From positions 1,952,001 through 2,016,000 of the forward strand of contig CAWJSJ010000002.1 in the NCBI GenBank assembly GCA_963845565.1: DNA of 64,000 nucleotides. Direction: 5' to 3'. Shown one piece after another: positions 50,706-60,433 of this stretch. Below the pieces are notes generated by a model. That model saw only the letters and a list, made by a program, of their open reading frames with translations, was not told the origin of the DNA and made no database searches. Position 1 is the first letter of the stretch; each line of letters opens with the position of its first letter. Both the position numbers and the translations under genes were made by a program. The DNA is from an uncultured Methylomirabilota bacterium (lineage in GTDB: Bacteria; Methylomirabilota; Methylomirabilia; Methylomirabilales; 2-02-FULL-66-22).

Positions 50706-51410
50706 ATGCTGACGCTCCGCAACGTGCAGACGTATTATGGAGACCTCCAGGCGCTCTACGGCGTCAGCCTGAGCGTCAAGGAGGGAGAGATCGTCTCCGT
50801 CATCGGGAACAACGGCGCCGGGAAAACGACGACGCTCATGACGATCTCGGGCGTGCTCCGGCCCCGCAAGGGCGAGATTCACTTCGACGGCCGCGGGATC
50901 GCCGGGCTGAAACCGGCCCAGATCGTGGACGCGGGCCTGGGCCACGTTCCGGAAGGGCGGCAGCTCTTCCCGACCATGACGGTGGAAGAGAATCTGCTCA
51001 TGGGGGCGTGCTCCCGCCGGGCCAAGGGCCGGCGGGCCGAGACGATGGGCCGCGTCTATGACCTCTTCCCGCGGCTGCGCGAGCGTTGCCGGCAACTGGC
51101 CGGGACGCTGTCGGGGGGCGAGCAGCAGATGGTTGCCATCGGCCGGGGGCTGATGGGTCTGCCCCGGCTCCTCATGCTGGACGAGCCGTCGCTGGGGCTG
51201 TCCCCGGTGATGGTCACCGCCATGTTCGAGGCGATCCGCGAGATCAACCGCGGCGGGACGACCATCTTGCTGGTCGAGCAGAATGTGTTTCGGGCGTTGA
51301 AGCTCTCCCATCGCGGCTACATCCTGGAGGACGGGCGGATCGTGGGCGAGGGGCCAAGCGAGGAGCTCCTCCGCAACCCCCAGGTCCGGACGACATACCT
51401 GGGCCTCTGA
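50706..51410 (+). CDS. livF: Branched-chain amino acid ABC ATP-binding protein
   Basis: GNNGAGKTT, VPEGRQLF, LSGGEQQM, LDEPSLGL, VEQN. Confidence 0.94.
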   Translation: MLTLRNVQTYYGDLQALYGVSLSVKEGEIVSVIGNNGAGKTTTLMTISGVLRPRKGEIHFDGRGIAGLKPAQIVDAGLGHVPEGRQLFPTMTVEENLLMGACSRRAKGRRAETMGRVYDLFPRLRERCRQLAGTLSGGEQQMVAIGRGLMGLPRLLMLDEPSLGLSPVMVTAMFEAIREINRGGTTILLVEQNVFRALKLSHRGYILEDGRIVGEGPSEELLRNPQVRTTYLGL

Positions 51411-51529
51411 CGCTAATGACCAATGACGCAATGACCAATGGCAAACGACGACTGGCTGTCATAAAATGGTCGGTAGGCAATCCCTCTGAAAGCTGATTGC
51501 TGAACGCTGACCGCTGAAAGCAGATTCTT

Positions 51530-52696
51530 ATGTCGTTAAAGCTTCCCATCTACATGGACCATCACGCGACGACCCCGGTGGCGCCGGAGGTGTTCGAGGC
51601 GATGCGCCCATATTTCCTCGAGCATTTCGGCAATGCCGCCTCGAGGAATCACGCCTTTGGGTGGGCCGCCGAGGGGGCGGTGGAGACCGCGCGGGCCGAG
51701 GTCGCCCGCCTGATCGGGTGCAAGCCCATCGAAGTCGTGTTCACTTCCGGGGCCACCGAGTCGGACAACCTCGCCCTGAAGGGGGTGGCTGAGGCGTATC
51801 GGGACAAGGGGCGCCATCTGATCACGTCCCAGGTCGAGCATCCCGCGGTCCTGGACGCCTGCAAGCGGCTGGAGAAGGATGGATACCAGGTGACCTACCT
51901 GCCGGTGGACCGCCACGGGATGGTGGATCCGGCCGCGGTCGCCAGGGCGATCACGCCCAAGACGGTCCTGGTGTCCATCATGCTCGCCAACAACGAGGTC
52001 GGGACGATCCAGCCCCTCGCCGAGATCGGTCGGGTCTGCAAGGAGCGGGGGGTGCTCCTCCACAGCGATGCCGTCCAGGGGGTGGGGAAGATCCCGGTCG
52101 CGGTGGATGCGTTGGGGGTGGACCTGCTTTCCCTGACCGCCCACAAGCTGTATGGGCCGAAAGGGGTCGGGGCCCTCTACGTCCGGATGGGGCAGCCGCG
52201 GGTACGCCTGGTCCCCCAGATGGACGGCGGCGGCCACGAGAAGGGGCGGCGCAGCGGCACGCTGAACGTCCCGGGCATCGTCGGGCTGGGGAAGGCGTGC
52301 GTGCTGGCCGGGCGGGTGATGGCCGACGAGGCGGTGCGGCTCTCCGCCTTGCGGGAACGGTTGCGGGCCGCGCTGTTCCTGCGCCTGGACCACATCCACC
52401 TGAACGGCCATCCAACGGAGCGGCTGCCGGGTAACCTCAACGTGAGTTTCGATTTCGTGGAGGGCGAGGCGCTGCTCATGTCCCTGAAGGAGGTGGCGGT
52501 CTCGTCCGGGTCGGCGTGCACCACCGCCTCGCTGCAGGCCAGCCACGTGCTGCGGGCCATGGGTCTGGGGGACGAGCTGGCCCACGCCAGCGTCCGCTTC
52601 GGCCTGGGCCGCGGCAATACCGAGGAAGAAGTCGATTATGTCTCCGATCGGATCGTGGAGGAAGTGGCGCGCCTCCGGGCGATGAGAGCGGCGTAA
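51530..52696 (+). CDS. iscS: Cysteine desulfurase
   Basis: [36 protein letters not shown]. Confidence 0.93.
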   Translation: MSLKLPIYMDHHATTPVAPEVFEAMRPYFLEHFGNAASRNHAFGWAAEGAVETARAEVARLIGCKPIEVVFTSGATESDNLALKGVAEAYRDKGRHLITSQVEHPAVLDACKRLEKDGYQVTYLPVDRHGMVDPAAVARAITPKTVLVSIMLANNEVGTIQPLAEIGRVCKERGVLLHSDAVQGVGKIPVAVDALGVDLLSLTAHKLYGPKGVGALYVRMGQPRVRLVPQMDGGGHEKGRRSGTLNVPGIVGLGKACVLAGRVMADEAVRLSALRERLRAALFLRLDHIHLNGHPTERLPGNLNVSFDFVEGEALLMSLKEVAVSSGSACTTASLQASHVLRAMGLGDELAHASVRFGLGRGNTEEEVDYVSDRIVEEVARLRAMRAA

Positions 52697-52767
52697 AGGG
52701 CGGTCGGACATCCTGTGCGTCTTGTACTTCTTGTAGTGAAGCGTTCCGGCTGAAAGGAGGCCTTCCC

Positions 52768-53103
52768 GTGTTCCAGTATCGCCATCACATCTTCGTCTGC
52801 ATCAACCAGCGGCCCGCCGGCCACCCCAAGGGGGACTGCGCCTCGAAGCAGTCCCGCGAGGTCTTCAAGAAGTTCCAGGAGGAGACGGAGAAGCGTCAAC
52901 TCTGGGAGACGGTGGCCGTGAGCGGCAGCACCTGCCTGGGTCCGTGCGCCATGGGGGCGAACGTGGTCGTGTACCCCGAGGGGGTCTGGTACGGCCAGGT
53001 CGGCGTGAAGGACGTCGAGGAGATCGTCGAGCAGCACGTGGTTGGTGGGAAGCCGGTGGAGCGACTGCTGCTCTCGACACTCATGGCGAAGGCGGGCGGA
53101 TAG
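52768..53103 (+). CDS. Thioredoxin-fold 2Fe-2S ferredoxin
   Basis: HIFVCINQR...C...TCLGPC...VVYPEGVWY; RBS AAGGAGG. Confidence 0.9.
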   Translation: MFQYRHHIFVCINQRPAGHPKGDCASKQSREVFKKFQEETEKRQLWETVAVSGSTCLGPCAMGANVVVYPEGVWYGQVGVKDVEEIVEQHVVGGKPVERLLLSTLMAKAGG

Positions 53104-53140
53104 GCGTCCGCCGGAAGCGAACAGCCGCTTCTCGAAGCGC

Positions 53141-53169
53141 TTGCAGGGGCGGAGCGGAGCGGTTAGAAT
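53141..53169 (+). promoter_or_regulatory. Sigma70 promoter for tRNA-Gln
   Basis: TTGCAG-17-TAGAAT ending 11 nt before the tRNA. Confidence 0.6.
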
Positions 53170-53180
53170 GCGACCCGCAC

Positions 53181-53254
53181 TGGGGGATCGTCCAACGGCA
53201 GGACTCCAGACTTTGGATCTGGCTATCTAGGTTCGAATCCTAGTCCCCCAGCCA
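53181..53254 (+). tRNA. tRNA-Gln (anticodon TTG)
   Basis: Acceptor TGGGGGA/TCCCCCA, anticodon arm CCAGA-CTTTGGA-TCTGG, T arm CTAGG-TTCGAAT-CCTAG, encoded CCA. Confidence 0.97.
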
Positions 53255-53265
53255 CACCCTCCTTA

Positions 53266-53360
53266 TTGCCGATTTCAGATTGACGATTGCCGATTGCAGA
53301 TTGACGATTGGGGTCGGGCATGTCCCAAAATCGTCAATCGTCAATCGTCAATCGCAAATC
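53266..53360. repeat. Mirror-arranged heptamer repeats (GATTGAC / GTCAATC)
   Basis: Left arm of GATTGAC-type units and right arm of complementary AATCGTC units. Confidence 0.8.
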
Positions 53361-53394
53361 CCCTCTGTCGAGTAGGACCATCCCCGGAGGTCAA

Positions 53395-55015
53395 ATGACT
53401 AGCGAGCGTCGCGCGCACCGGCCGGCCGTCATGGGCACCCGCGGTGTCGCCAGCACCGCGCATCCCTTGGCGACCGGCGCGGCCATGGAGATGCTGTGGC
53501 GAGGCGGAAACGCCGTGGACGCGGCGGTGGCCGCGGCCGCCACGCTGAACGTGGTGGAGCCGTTCATGTCGGGGATCGGCGGGGACGGCCTGCTGCTGCT
53601 GACGCTGGGGAAGACCGGCGAGCGGAAGGTCCTGGACTTCATGGGCCGGACCCCGTATGCGGCGCGGCCCGAGGCCTGCCGCGCCGAGGATCTCCAGCGC
53701 GGGCCGAAGTCCTGCCTGGTGCCGGGGAACTTCGCCGGGTGGTGGGAAGCGCTGACGACTCATGGGCGGTTATCGCCCACGGAGGTTTTTGCGCCGGCCA
53801 TCCGCCACGCGGAGCAGGGATTCCCGCTGACGCATCGGGGGGCGTTCTTCGTCGGCGAGCACTGCCAGCGTCTGACGCCCGAGGCGATGGCGCTCTTCTG
53901 CCCGGGTGGCGCCGTCCCGGCGCCCGGCACGATCCTGCGACACGGGAATCTGGGGAGGACGCTGCGACGCTTGGCCACCGACGGTCCGGGCCTGCTGTAC
54001 CGGGGTGACATCGGGCGGCGAGTGTGCGAGGCCGTGCAGGCGGCTGGGGGTTGGCTCACTTCCCAGGACCTGGAGGCATTCCATCCCGAGTGGACGACGC
54101 CCATCGTTGCCTCGTTCCATGCCTACGAGGTGGCATCGGTCCCGCCGCCCGCGGCCGGGATCCAGGTGCTGGAGACGCTCGGAATCCTGGAGGGCTACGA
54201 CCTGCCGGGGCTCGGCCACAACAGCGCGGACGCGTTGCACGTGATCATCGAGGCGGTGAAGCTGACCATGGCGGACCGGATCGCCTACCAGTCCATCCCC
54301 GATCCGCCGGTCGCGGGGCTGCTCAGCAAGGTCTACGCCGCCGCGCAGCGCGCCCGGATAGACCCGAACCGCGCGGCGATCGGCGGCGGCGAGCGGTACA
54401 GCGCCTCGCCGCCCGCGGGCGCCGTGACGCCGGGCGATCCCTACGGCTACCAGCGGGAGCACACCACCCACTTCAGCGTGGTGGATGGCGACGGCAACGC
54501 CGCCTCCATCACCCAGACGCTGGGGAGCCCGTTCGGCTCCGGCGTCATCGCCGGCGACACCGGCATCCTGCTGAACAACCTGCTGATGTGGAACGACCTG
54601 GACCCGAAGAGCCCGAACGTGCTGGCTCCGCACCGCAAGGTGGAGACCCGGATGGCACCCGTGCAGGTCTTCGGTGAGCGGGGCCTGATCGCGGCCCTGG
54701 GGACGCCGGGAAGTTACGGCATCCCCCAGACCACCACCCAGATGCTCCTGAACCTGCTGGTGCACGGCATGGACATCCAGGAGGCGATCGAGGCGCCGCG
54801 CGTCCGCGTGTACACGGACCGGACCGTGGATGCCGAGGCCCGCATCCCGGCGGAGGTGCGGGCGGCCCTGGAGGCGCGCGGTCACGTCATCCGGGTCCTG
54901 CCGCGACTACTCCTGGGTCGTCGGCGGCGGGCAAGGAGTCACCCGCGACCCGGCGACCGGCACCCTGGCCGGCGGCGCCGACCCCCGCCGCGACGGGTAC
55001 GCGATGGGGTGGTGA
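53395..55015 (+). CDS. ggt: Gamma-glutamyltransferase; +1 frameshift at ~54904
   Basis: GGNAVDAA, SGIGGD, catalytic HTTHFSVVDGDGN, GTPG; C-terminal GGADPRRDG in the next frame. Confidence 0.92.
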
Positions 55016-55302
55016 GCAGGCACAGGCCGGACCGCCGTCATGATGTGGCCGCCCGAGAACCTGAGAGGGAGTGTCGCCTCGGTTCACGGAACATCAATTG
55101 ACATCCATACGGGTATTCGGTATCAATTGGCCCATAGCTCGAACGATGTTGGTCGAATCCTCCCTATGATCCAGCGGAGGGTTTCGCCGTGGACACCGAG
55201 AGGCGCACCCTCAATCTCATCCCGCTCGGCGGGCCCCAGCCGCCCCGGCCGCTCGACTGTTTTCAGCCTTCTCGACTCAATACGACCACAATACCCACCG
55301 AT

Positions 55303-55461
55303 CTTTCCGCAAGCCTCCTCGAAGAAGACGGGTACGATACCCGGACCGCACAGGAAGGGCTGGGGCACAAGGACGTGAGCACCACGATGATCTATACCCA
55401 CGTTCTGAACCGCGGTCCGGCGGCCGTCCGCAGCCCAGCAGACCGGCTCGCGATTCTGTAG
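55303..55461 (+). pseudogene. intI: C-terminal remnant of integron integrase
   Basis: [34 protein letters not shown]...VRSPADRL matches the IntI C-terminus; upstream catalytic regions absent. Confidence 0.85.
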
Positions 55462-55498
55462 ACCCCTGCCCCGGCACCACCCCCAGGCCCTCGGCCGG

Positions 55499-55678
55499 CC
55501 GAAATAGACAGCGAGCGCCTACAGCGTATCTCGGTGAGGTCTAGTGCCGCACCGGCCACAGCGTGGCGTTTGTCGACAAACGGATACCGTAAGAGCCCCC
55601 GACTGGGCGCACCGAAATAGGCTGCAGACGCCTGCAGCCCTAAAGGAAATAGACAGACCTGTCTACTTTTAGTTCGAC
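55499..55678 (+). mobile_element. Candidate attI region
   Basis: Three GAAATAG(A/G)C(A/T)G direct repeats and core GTTCGAC (55672-55678), the exact reverse complement of the first attC's GTCGAAC. Confidence 0.65.
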
Positions 55679-55690
55679 GGACCAGTGACC

Positions 55691-56119
55691 ATGGCATGGA
55701 ATCGCAGACGAGCCTTCTGGGCGGTAGTTGGCGCAGGCATCATCGCCGCGATCGCCGGGCTTGTGCTGAGGCGCCATCCCACAGAATCGTCGTGGCTTCA
55801 GCCACCTGCGGGAGAGTACCAGAGGAAACTGTCGCAGATCCACGTAGGAGAGGGCGTTGACTCATCGGGGGCTGCTGAGATCGCGTCGATGTACATGAGC
55901 GAGTACGTCAGCGGCTGTGGGTTCCCGGAGCCGTTGGAGCTAGTTGACGGCAAGTGGGTCGGCCACCTTCGGGTTGGTTACGCTGGGACCCGGTCTGAAA
56001 GTGCCATCAAGGTCGACACCCAGAACGGTGGCGTCTCCTACGCGGATGGACCGACATTCACATCCCTTCGTGATGTCGCGGGGGACCTCCTCGGTGGCAT
56101 CTCGGCGCGAAGGCGATAG
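55691..56119 (+). CDS. Cassette 1: hypothetical membrane-anchored protein
   Basis: ORF fills the space between core site and attC; N-terminal TM. Confidence 0.7.
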   Translation: MAWNRRRAFWAVVGAGIIAAIAGLVLRRHPTESSWLQPPAGEYQRKLSQIHVGEGVDSSGAAEIASMYMSEYVSGCGFPEPLELVDGKWVGHLRVGYAGTRSESAIKVDTQNGGVSYADGPTFTSLRDVAGDLLGGISARRR

Positions 56120-56122
56120 GCC

Positions 56123-56185
56123 GTCGAACCCGGCGTTGAACCCGGCGGCGCTTGCGCGCCGCGGCTTAACGCCATAACGTTAGGC
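56123..56185 (+). mobile_element. attC site (best preserved)
   Basis: GTCGAAC...GGCGTTGAAC...TTAACGCC...GTTAGGC, 63-bp imperfect palindrome 3 nt after a stop codon. Confidence 0.85.
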
Positions 56186-56251
56186 CGCGCGGGTCGGCAC
56201 GCGGAAGCACAGTAGTTAGACGCGGATTCACACTAAAAACGGAGGAAAGCA

Positions 56252-57790
56252 ATGCAGTCAATTAATCGGATCTACATATGCGCAGCACTGGTCGCAATGG
56301 TTCTGTTTGCTTCAGGTCGGACCTTCGCGCAGGCGCCTGTTGGAGCGCCGGCGAATCCTCAGTTCAAGTTCTCGACGCCCATCGCCCCGGGCGTCGCCGT
56401 GCCGGACAAGATCGAAAGCTCCATCGGCACCCTGAATCTGAGCTACGGCTATCCCAAGGCAGACACCGTCAAGAAAATCTACGACAACCTTGATCGTTCG
56501 CGCGCCCTGCAGGCTTACCTCATGGCGATCCCGATCGTGAATCAGGCTGGCATGCGCGACTCGCTCCGCAAGTTCGGGCCGGACAACCAGACCGATGTCA
56601 TCTGGGAAGACCTCGTCGATGCCCGGACGGTGGAACTCACGGCGAACGACAACACCATCTACAACTTCATCTGGCTCGACACGAAGAAAGGTCCGCTGGT
56701 CGTGGAGATTCCGCCCGAGGTCTTGGGCGGCGTGAACGATTTCTGGTATCGCTGGGTCGCCGATGTGGGCATTACCGGCGAGGATCGGGGCAAAGGCGGC
56801 AAGTACCTCGTTCTACCGCCCGGCTACAAGGGCGAGGTCCCGGCGGGTTATGTGGTCCTGCGGCCGAGCACGTTCGGCAACTGGCTTTTCTTTCGCGCCT
56901 TCCTCGTCGATGGCTCCACGAAGCCCGGCGTCGAGTCGGTCAAGAAGCACCTGAAGATCTATCAGCTTTCGGAGGCCGCGAATCCTCCATCGGTCAAGTT
57001 CATCAATGCCTCGGGCGTTCCCGCGAATTTTGTCGCACCCGGCGACTACGCGTTCTGGGAGCTTTTGAACAAGGTTATCCAGGAAGAGCCCTCGGAAGGA
57101 AGCGATCCGACGACGCTTGGCCTCTTTGCCTCCATCGGCATTGTCAAAGGGCAACCTTTCTCGCCCGACGAACGGATGAAGAAGATCCTCACGGACGCGG
57201 CAAATATCGGCGCCGTCACGGCGCGCACCATCGCCTTCAAGGTGCGCTCGAAAGACGCCTACTTCTTCCCGAACAGCGCGTGGCGCCTGCCGTTCTTCGG
57301 CGGCTATAAGTTCGAGAGCGCGCCCGGCGTGACGAACATGGACGGCTACATCTTCTACTACTACTTTGCCACCGGCGTTACTCCTGCCATGGAGATGAAG
57401 ATGGTCGGCAGGGGGTCGCAGTATCCATGGGCAGTTCAGGACTCGAAGGGCAACCCGTTCGACGGCGGAAAGACCTACAAGATGCGCCTGCCGCCCAACG
57501 TACCGGTGAAGGATTTCTGGTCGGTCATCGTGTATGACAACCAGACGCGCTCGATGGTCCAGACGGATCAGAAGTCCCCGAGCGTGAGCAGCCAGAACAA
57601 AGCGCTGAAGACGAACGCAGACGGGTCAGTGGATGTCTATTTTGGCCCGCGCCCGCCGAAAGGGCTTGAGAACAACTGGGTGCAGACGATTCCCGGCAAA
57701 GGGTGGTTCATGATCCTGCGCCTCTACGGGCCGCTCGAACCGTGGTTCGACAAGACCTGGCAGCCTGGCGAGATCGAGCTTCAGCGGTAA
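56252..57790 (+). CDS. Cassette: exported DUF1254/DUF1214-type protein
   Basis: Signal peptide, LTANDNTIY, GPLVVEIPP, GKGGKYL, FWSVIVYD, NADGSVDVYFGP, LRLYGP. Confidence 0.88.
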   Translation: MQSINRIYICAALVAMVLFASGRTFAQAPVGAPANPQFKFSTPIAPGVAVPDKIESSIGTLNLSYGYPKADTVKKIYDNLDRSRALQAYLMAIPIVNQAGMRDSLRKFGPDNQTDVIWEDLVDARTVELTANDNTIYNFIWLDTKKGPLVVEIPPEVLGGVNDFWYRWVADVGITGEDRGKGGKYLVLPPGYKGEVPAGYVVLRPSTFGNWLFFRAFLVDGSTKPGVESVKKHLKIYQLSEAANPPSVKFINASGVPANFVAPGDYAFWELLNKVIQEEPSEGSDPTTLGLFASIGIVKGQPFSPDERMKKILTDAANIGAVTARTIAFKVRSKDAYFFPNSAWRLPFFGGYKFESAPGVTNMDGYIFYYYFATGVTPAMEMKMVGRGSQYPWAVQDSKGNPFDGGKTYKMRLPPNVPVKDFWSVIVYDNQTRSMVQTDQKSPSVSSQNKALKTNADGSVDVYFGPRPPKGLENNWVQTIPGKGWFMILRLYGPLEPWFDKTWQPGEIELQR

Positions 57791-57830
57791 CTCGCCAGCG
57801 GCGCGCATGCGTGGCAGCGCTCAACGAGCG

Positions 57831-57891
57831 ACCCAACAACCGGTTCCAGCGGACGGGTCTGACGCCCCGCCGCTGAACCGGGGCATTGCGC
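57831..57891 (+). mobile_element. attC site (right core degenerate)
   Basis: ACCCAAC-AACCGGTTCCAGCGGAC...GCCGCTGAACCGG...ATTGCGC. Confidence 0.7.
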
Positions 57892-58221
57892 GGGCTCGGC
57901 ACGCAGGTGGCGTAAGCACTCCGGCCTGCTGGTGACGCCTCGGGGGTGAACGCAAGCTTGGCGGCCCCCGCGCCCGCGCAACGGAGCGGCGGCTGCCCAG
58001 CCCCCGTCGGCCGTCGCGCGCCGCGCCGCCCACCCGCGTCTGCAGCCGCCACTCCTCCCTGCGGTCGGGAAGCGGCCGAGCCGCGGCCCCGTTCGACCAG
58101 AGGGGAGGGAACGATGGGACGATCTGGGCGTTCCTCGCCGGATCAACCGTCTGGTGTTTCCGGCATCGGCTTCGACATCGTATGGGCCACGTGGTAGAAT
58201 GACTGTAAAGGAGGCCCACAC

Positions 58222-58440
58222 ATGACGAAGCTCCTACAAGACGCCTTTGCGAAGGCTTCGGCGTTACCACCTGCAGAACAAGACGTGTTGGCTTCTCGCT
58301 TGCTTGCCGAGTTGGCGGAGGAGGATGACTTCGATCGTGCCATTGCTGCCTCGTCCGACAAGCTCGCCTGCCTCGCTCGGGAGGCCCTAGCCGAATATCG
58401 CGATGGGCGCACCCAGGAGTTGGATCCGGACGCCTTATGA
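58222..58440 (+). CDS. Putative antitoxin
   Basis: 72-aa acidic protein overlapping the toxin by ATGA; own promoter TCGACA-17-TAGAAT (58172-58200) and RBS AGGAGG. Confidence 0.75.
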   Translation: MTKLLQDAFAKASALPPAEQDVLASRLLAELAEEDDFDRAIAASSDKLACLAREALAEYRDGRTQELDPDAL

Positions 58441-58706
58441 ATTCTCGCACGACGCGGCGCTTTCGAGAGCTCTTCGCGATGTTGCCAGCGCCCGCCCAAC
58501 GTCAAGCACGAGAAGCCTATCGGCTTTTTCGGCAGGACCCGGGTCACCCCGGGCTGCGCTTCAAGCAAGTCTGGAGCGATCCTCCTACCTATTCGGCCCG
58601 CGTCGGAATCAGCTACCGTGCCGTGGGCGCGCTCGACGGCGATACGGTGATTTAGTTCTGGATTGGCACCCACGCCGACTACGATAAGCTTCTGGAAAGC
58701 CTGTAA
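58437..58706 (+). pseudogene. RelE/ParE-like toxin with internal TAG at 58653-58655
   Basis: DPGHPGLRFK, YSARVGISYRAVG, then VI*FWIGTHADYDKLL continues in frame to TAA 58704-58706. Confidence 0.8.
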
Positions 58707-58847
58707 GCGTCGAACCTGGACATGCAGCCGACCTGGGCGGCCGGGCGGAGATCCATGGAAAGTGACAGTCATTCTCGGGCTTGGCGTCCTCGTTCTGCTT
58801 GCGGCGGTGTCGGCCCGCTGAGAGCCCATCGACTCCGTGGCAGAGCG

Positions 58848-58960
58848 GCCTAACCCTTCCAGCGAGCGGACATCCAGTGGCTTGGCCAGCTACGCCCCCG
58901 TGTATATTGTCCGCGCCGCTGGCCCAAGGGGCTGGTTGCCGCTCATGTCAAGCGCTGTGC
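58848..58960 (+). mobile_element. attC site (degenerate)
   Basis: GCCTAAC...GAGCGGAC...GCCGCTC...GCTGTGC. Confidence 0.6.
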
Positions 58961-59184
58961 GGGCTCGGCATGCGGGTGATTTGGGCGCTCCGGTCCGCCG
59001 GTGACGATGGAGCGGTGAACGACAGCCTTGCGGCCCCCGCGCCCGCGCAACAGCGCCTGGAGCCGACACCCCTACGCTGCGCTCCGGCGTAACGGTTGCC
59101 TGTGGCCGCGGAATCCGCGGTGACAGGGCGTTGGGGAAGCCGCGGCCCGGTGGGCTGCTGAAGATCACCGAGAGGGAAAACACG

Positions 59185-59935
59185 ATGCAAAGTCCGTCCC
59201 GACGGCCCAGCAGATTCCTGGCGCGAGGCCTCGCGATTCTCTACGAGGACCGGGACATTCTGGTGGTGGATAAGCCCTCCGGGCTCTTGACGGTGGGGAC
59301 GGAAAGAGAGAAAGCGCGAACCGCCTATTTCGCCCTGACCGAATATGTCCGCAAGGGGGACGCCAGGTCCAGGAACCGTGTTTTCATCGTCCATCGCCTG
59401 GACCGGGAGACCTCGGGGGTCCTCGTGTTCGCGAAGACCGCAGAGGCAAAGTTCTGCCTGCAGGGCGCGGTGGGACGAGACGAAGAAGAGGTATCTCGCC
59501 GTCGTGCATGGCAAGTGCGAGAAGCGCTCGGAGACCATCACGACCTATCTGGCAGAGAACAGCGCCCACGGCGTGTACTCCACCGCCGATACCAAGAAGG
59601 GCAAATTGTCGCAGACGGCGTATACCGTGCTCAAGGAGACGAAGGACTTGACCTTGCTGGAGGTCGAATTGCTGACGGGCAGAAAGCACCAGATCCGCGT
59701 CCATCTGGCGGATCGGGGGCACCCGGTGGTGGGCGATAAGAGGTATGGCAGGGCGAATACGGCGCACCGGCGTCTGGCGCTGCATGCCAGATCCCTGTCC
59801 TTCAGGCACCCCGTCAGCGGCGAGCAACTCACCTTCGAGGCGCAGGCGCCCCCGCATTTCAAAGAACTCGTCGGCAGTTTCGAGCACCTTCGTGTCCAAC
59901 CGACAACGGCAAAGGACCCGAGCGCGCGCCGTTGA
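59185..59935 (+). CDS. RluA-family pseudouridine synthase; +1 frameshift at ~59468
   Basis: VVDKPSGLL, VHRLDRETSG, then YLAVVHG, TGRKHQIRVH, VGDKRYG, LALHA in the next frame. Confidence 0.88.
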
Positions 59936-60146
59936 GGTATGACGTTGCGCGGACTTGGCACGCAAGTGGCTTGAGCGATTTGGCCCTTCGGCGTATGCTT
60001 GCGAGGTACAGGAGAGCCTGGCGGCAGGGGTGCGTTACCATGCCGTGCAAAGCACGGCCCGTTTCAACGCAACGCGGCGTCGATTGGATGCGAGGCAGGA
60101 GGAAGCGCAGCACGACGCACCAGGAAAGGGAAAGCGAGGGGTCGTC

Positions 60147-60239
60147 ATGGCAAAAGGGAAGAGTACGCAGAGGAAAGAGATCAAGAAGCCGAAGAAGGCC
60201 GCGGTGAAGCAGTCGGTCACGGGTAGCAAGAAGACGTAG
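60147..60239 (+). CDS. Small Lys-rich protein (30 aa)
   Basis: MAKGKSTQRKEIKKPKKAAVKQSVTGSKKT with GAGGGG RBS. Confidence 0.55.
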   Translation: MAKGKSTQRKEIKKPKKAAVKQSVTGSKKT

Positions 60240-60433
60240 ACACGATTTGCTCCGATCGATGGGCGCGGGCGGCTTGGCGTTGATCGCTTCGTCCTGGGCC
60301 GACAGCTTCCGCGATCGAAGGGCCGGCGCCGAACGAGCGGTTGCCCCGGCACCGGCACAGCATCGTGTCGCCCGCCGCCAATGCCGTTGCGCCGGCCCGG
60401 TGTGCCTGGTCGGCCGCTTACGCAGGGGACTTT

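Noticed and set aside
55138..55160. LexA box before the integrase remnant
   Set aside because: CGAAC-GAT-GTTGG has the wrong spacing and mismatches for CGAAC-N4-GTTCG.
53181..55461. tRNA-Gln-targeted island with its integrase
   Set aside because: ggt lies between them, no duplicated tRNA 3' end was seen, and the fragment has an IntI-type C-terminus.
58653..58655. Pyrrolysine or amber recoding in the toxin
   Set aside because: The position corresponds to Trp (TGG to TAG), other genes use TAG as stop, and no pyl genes are seen.
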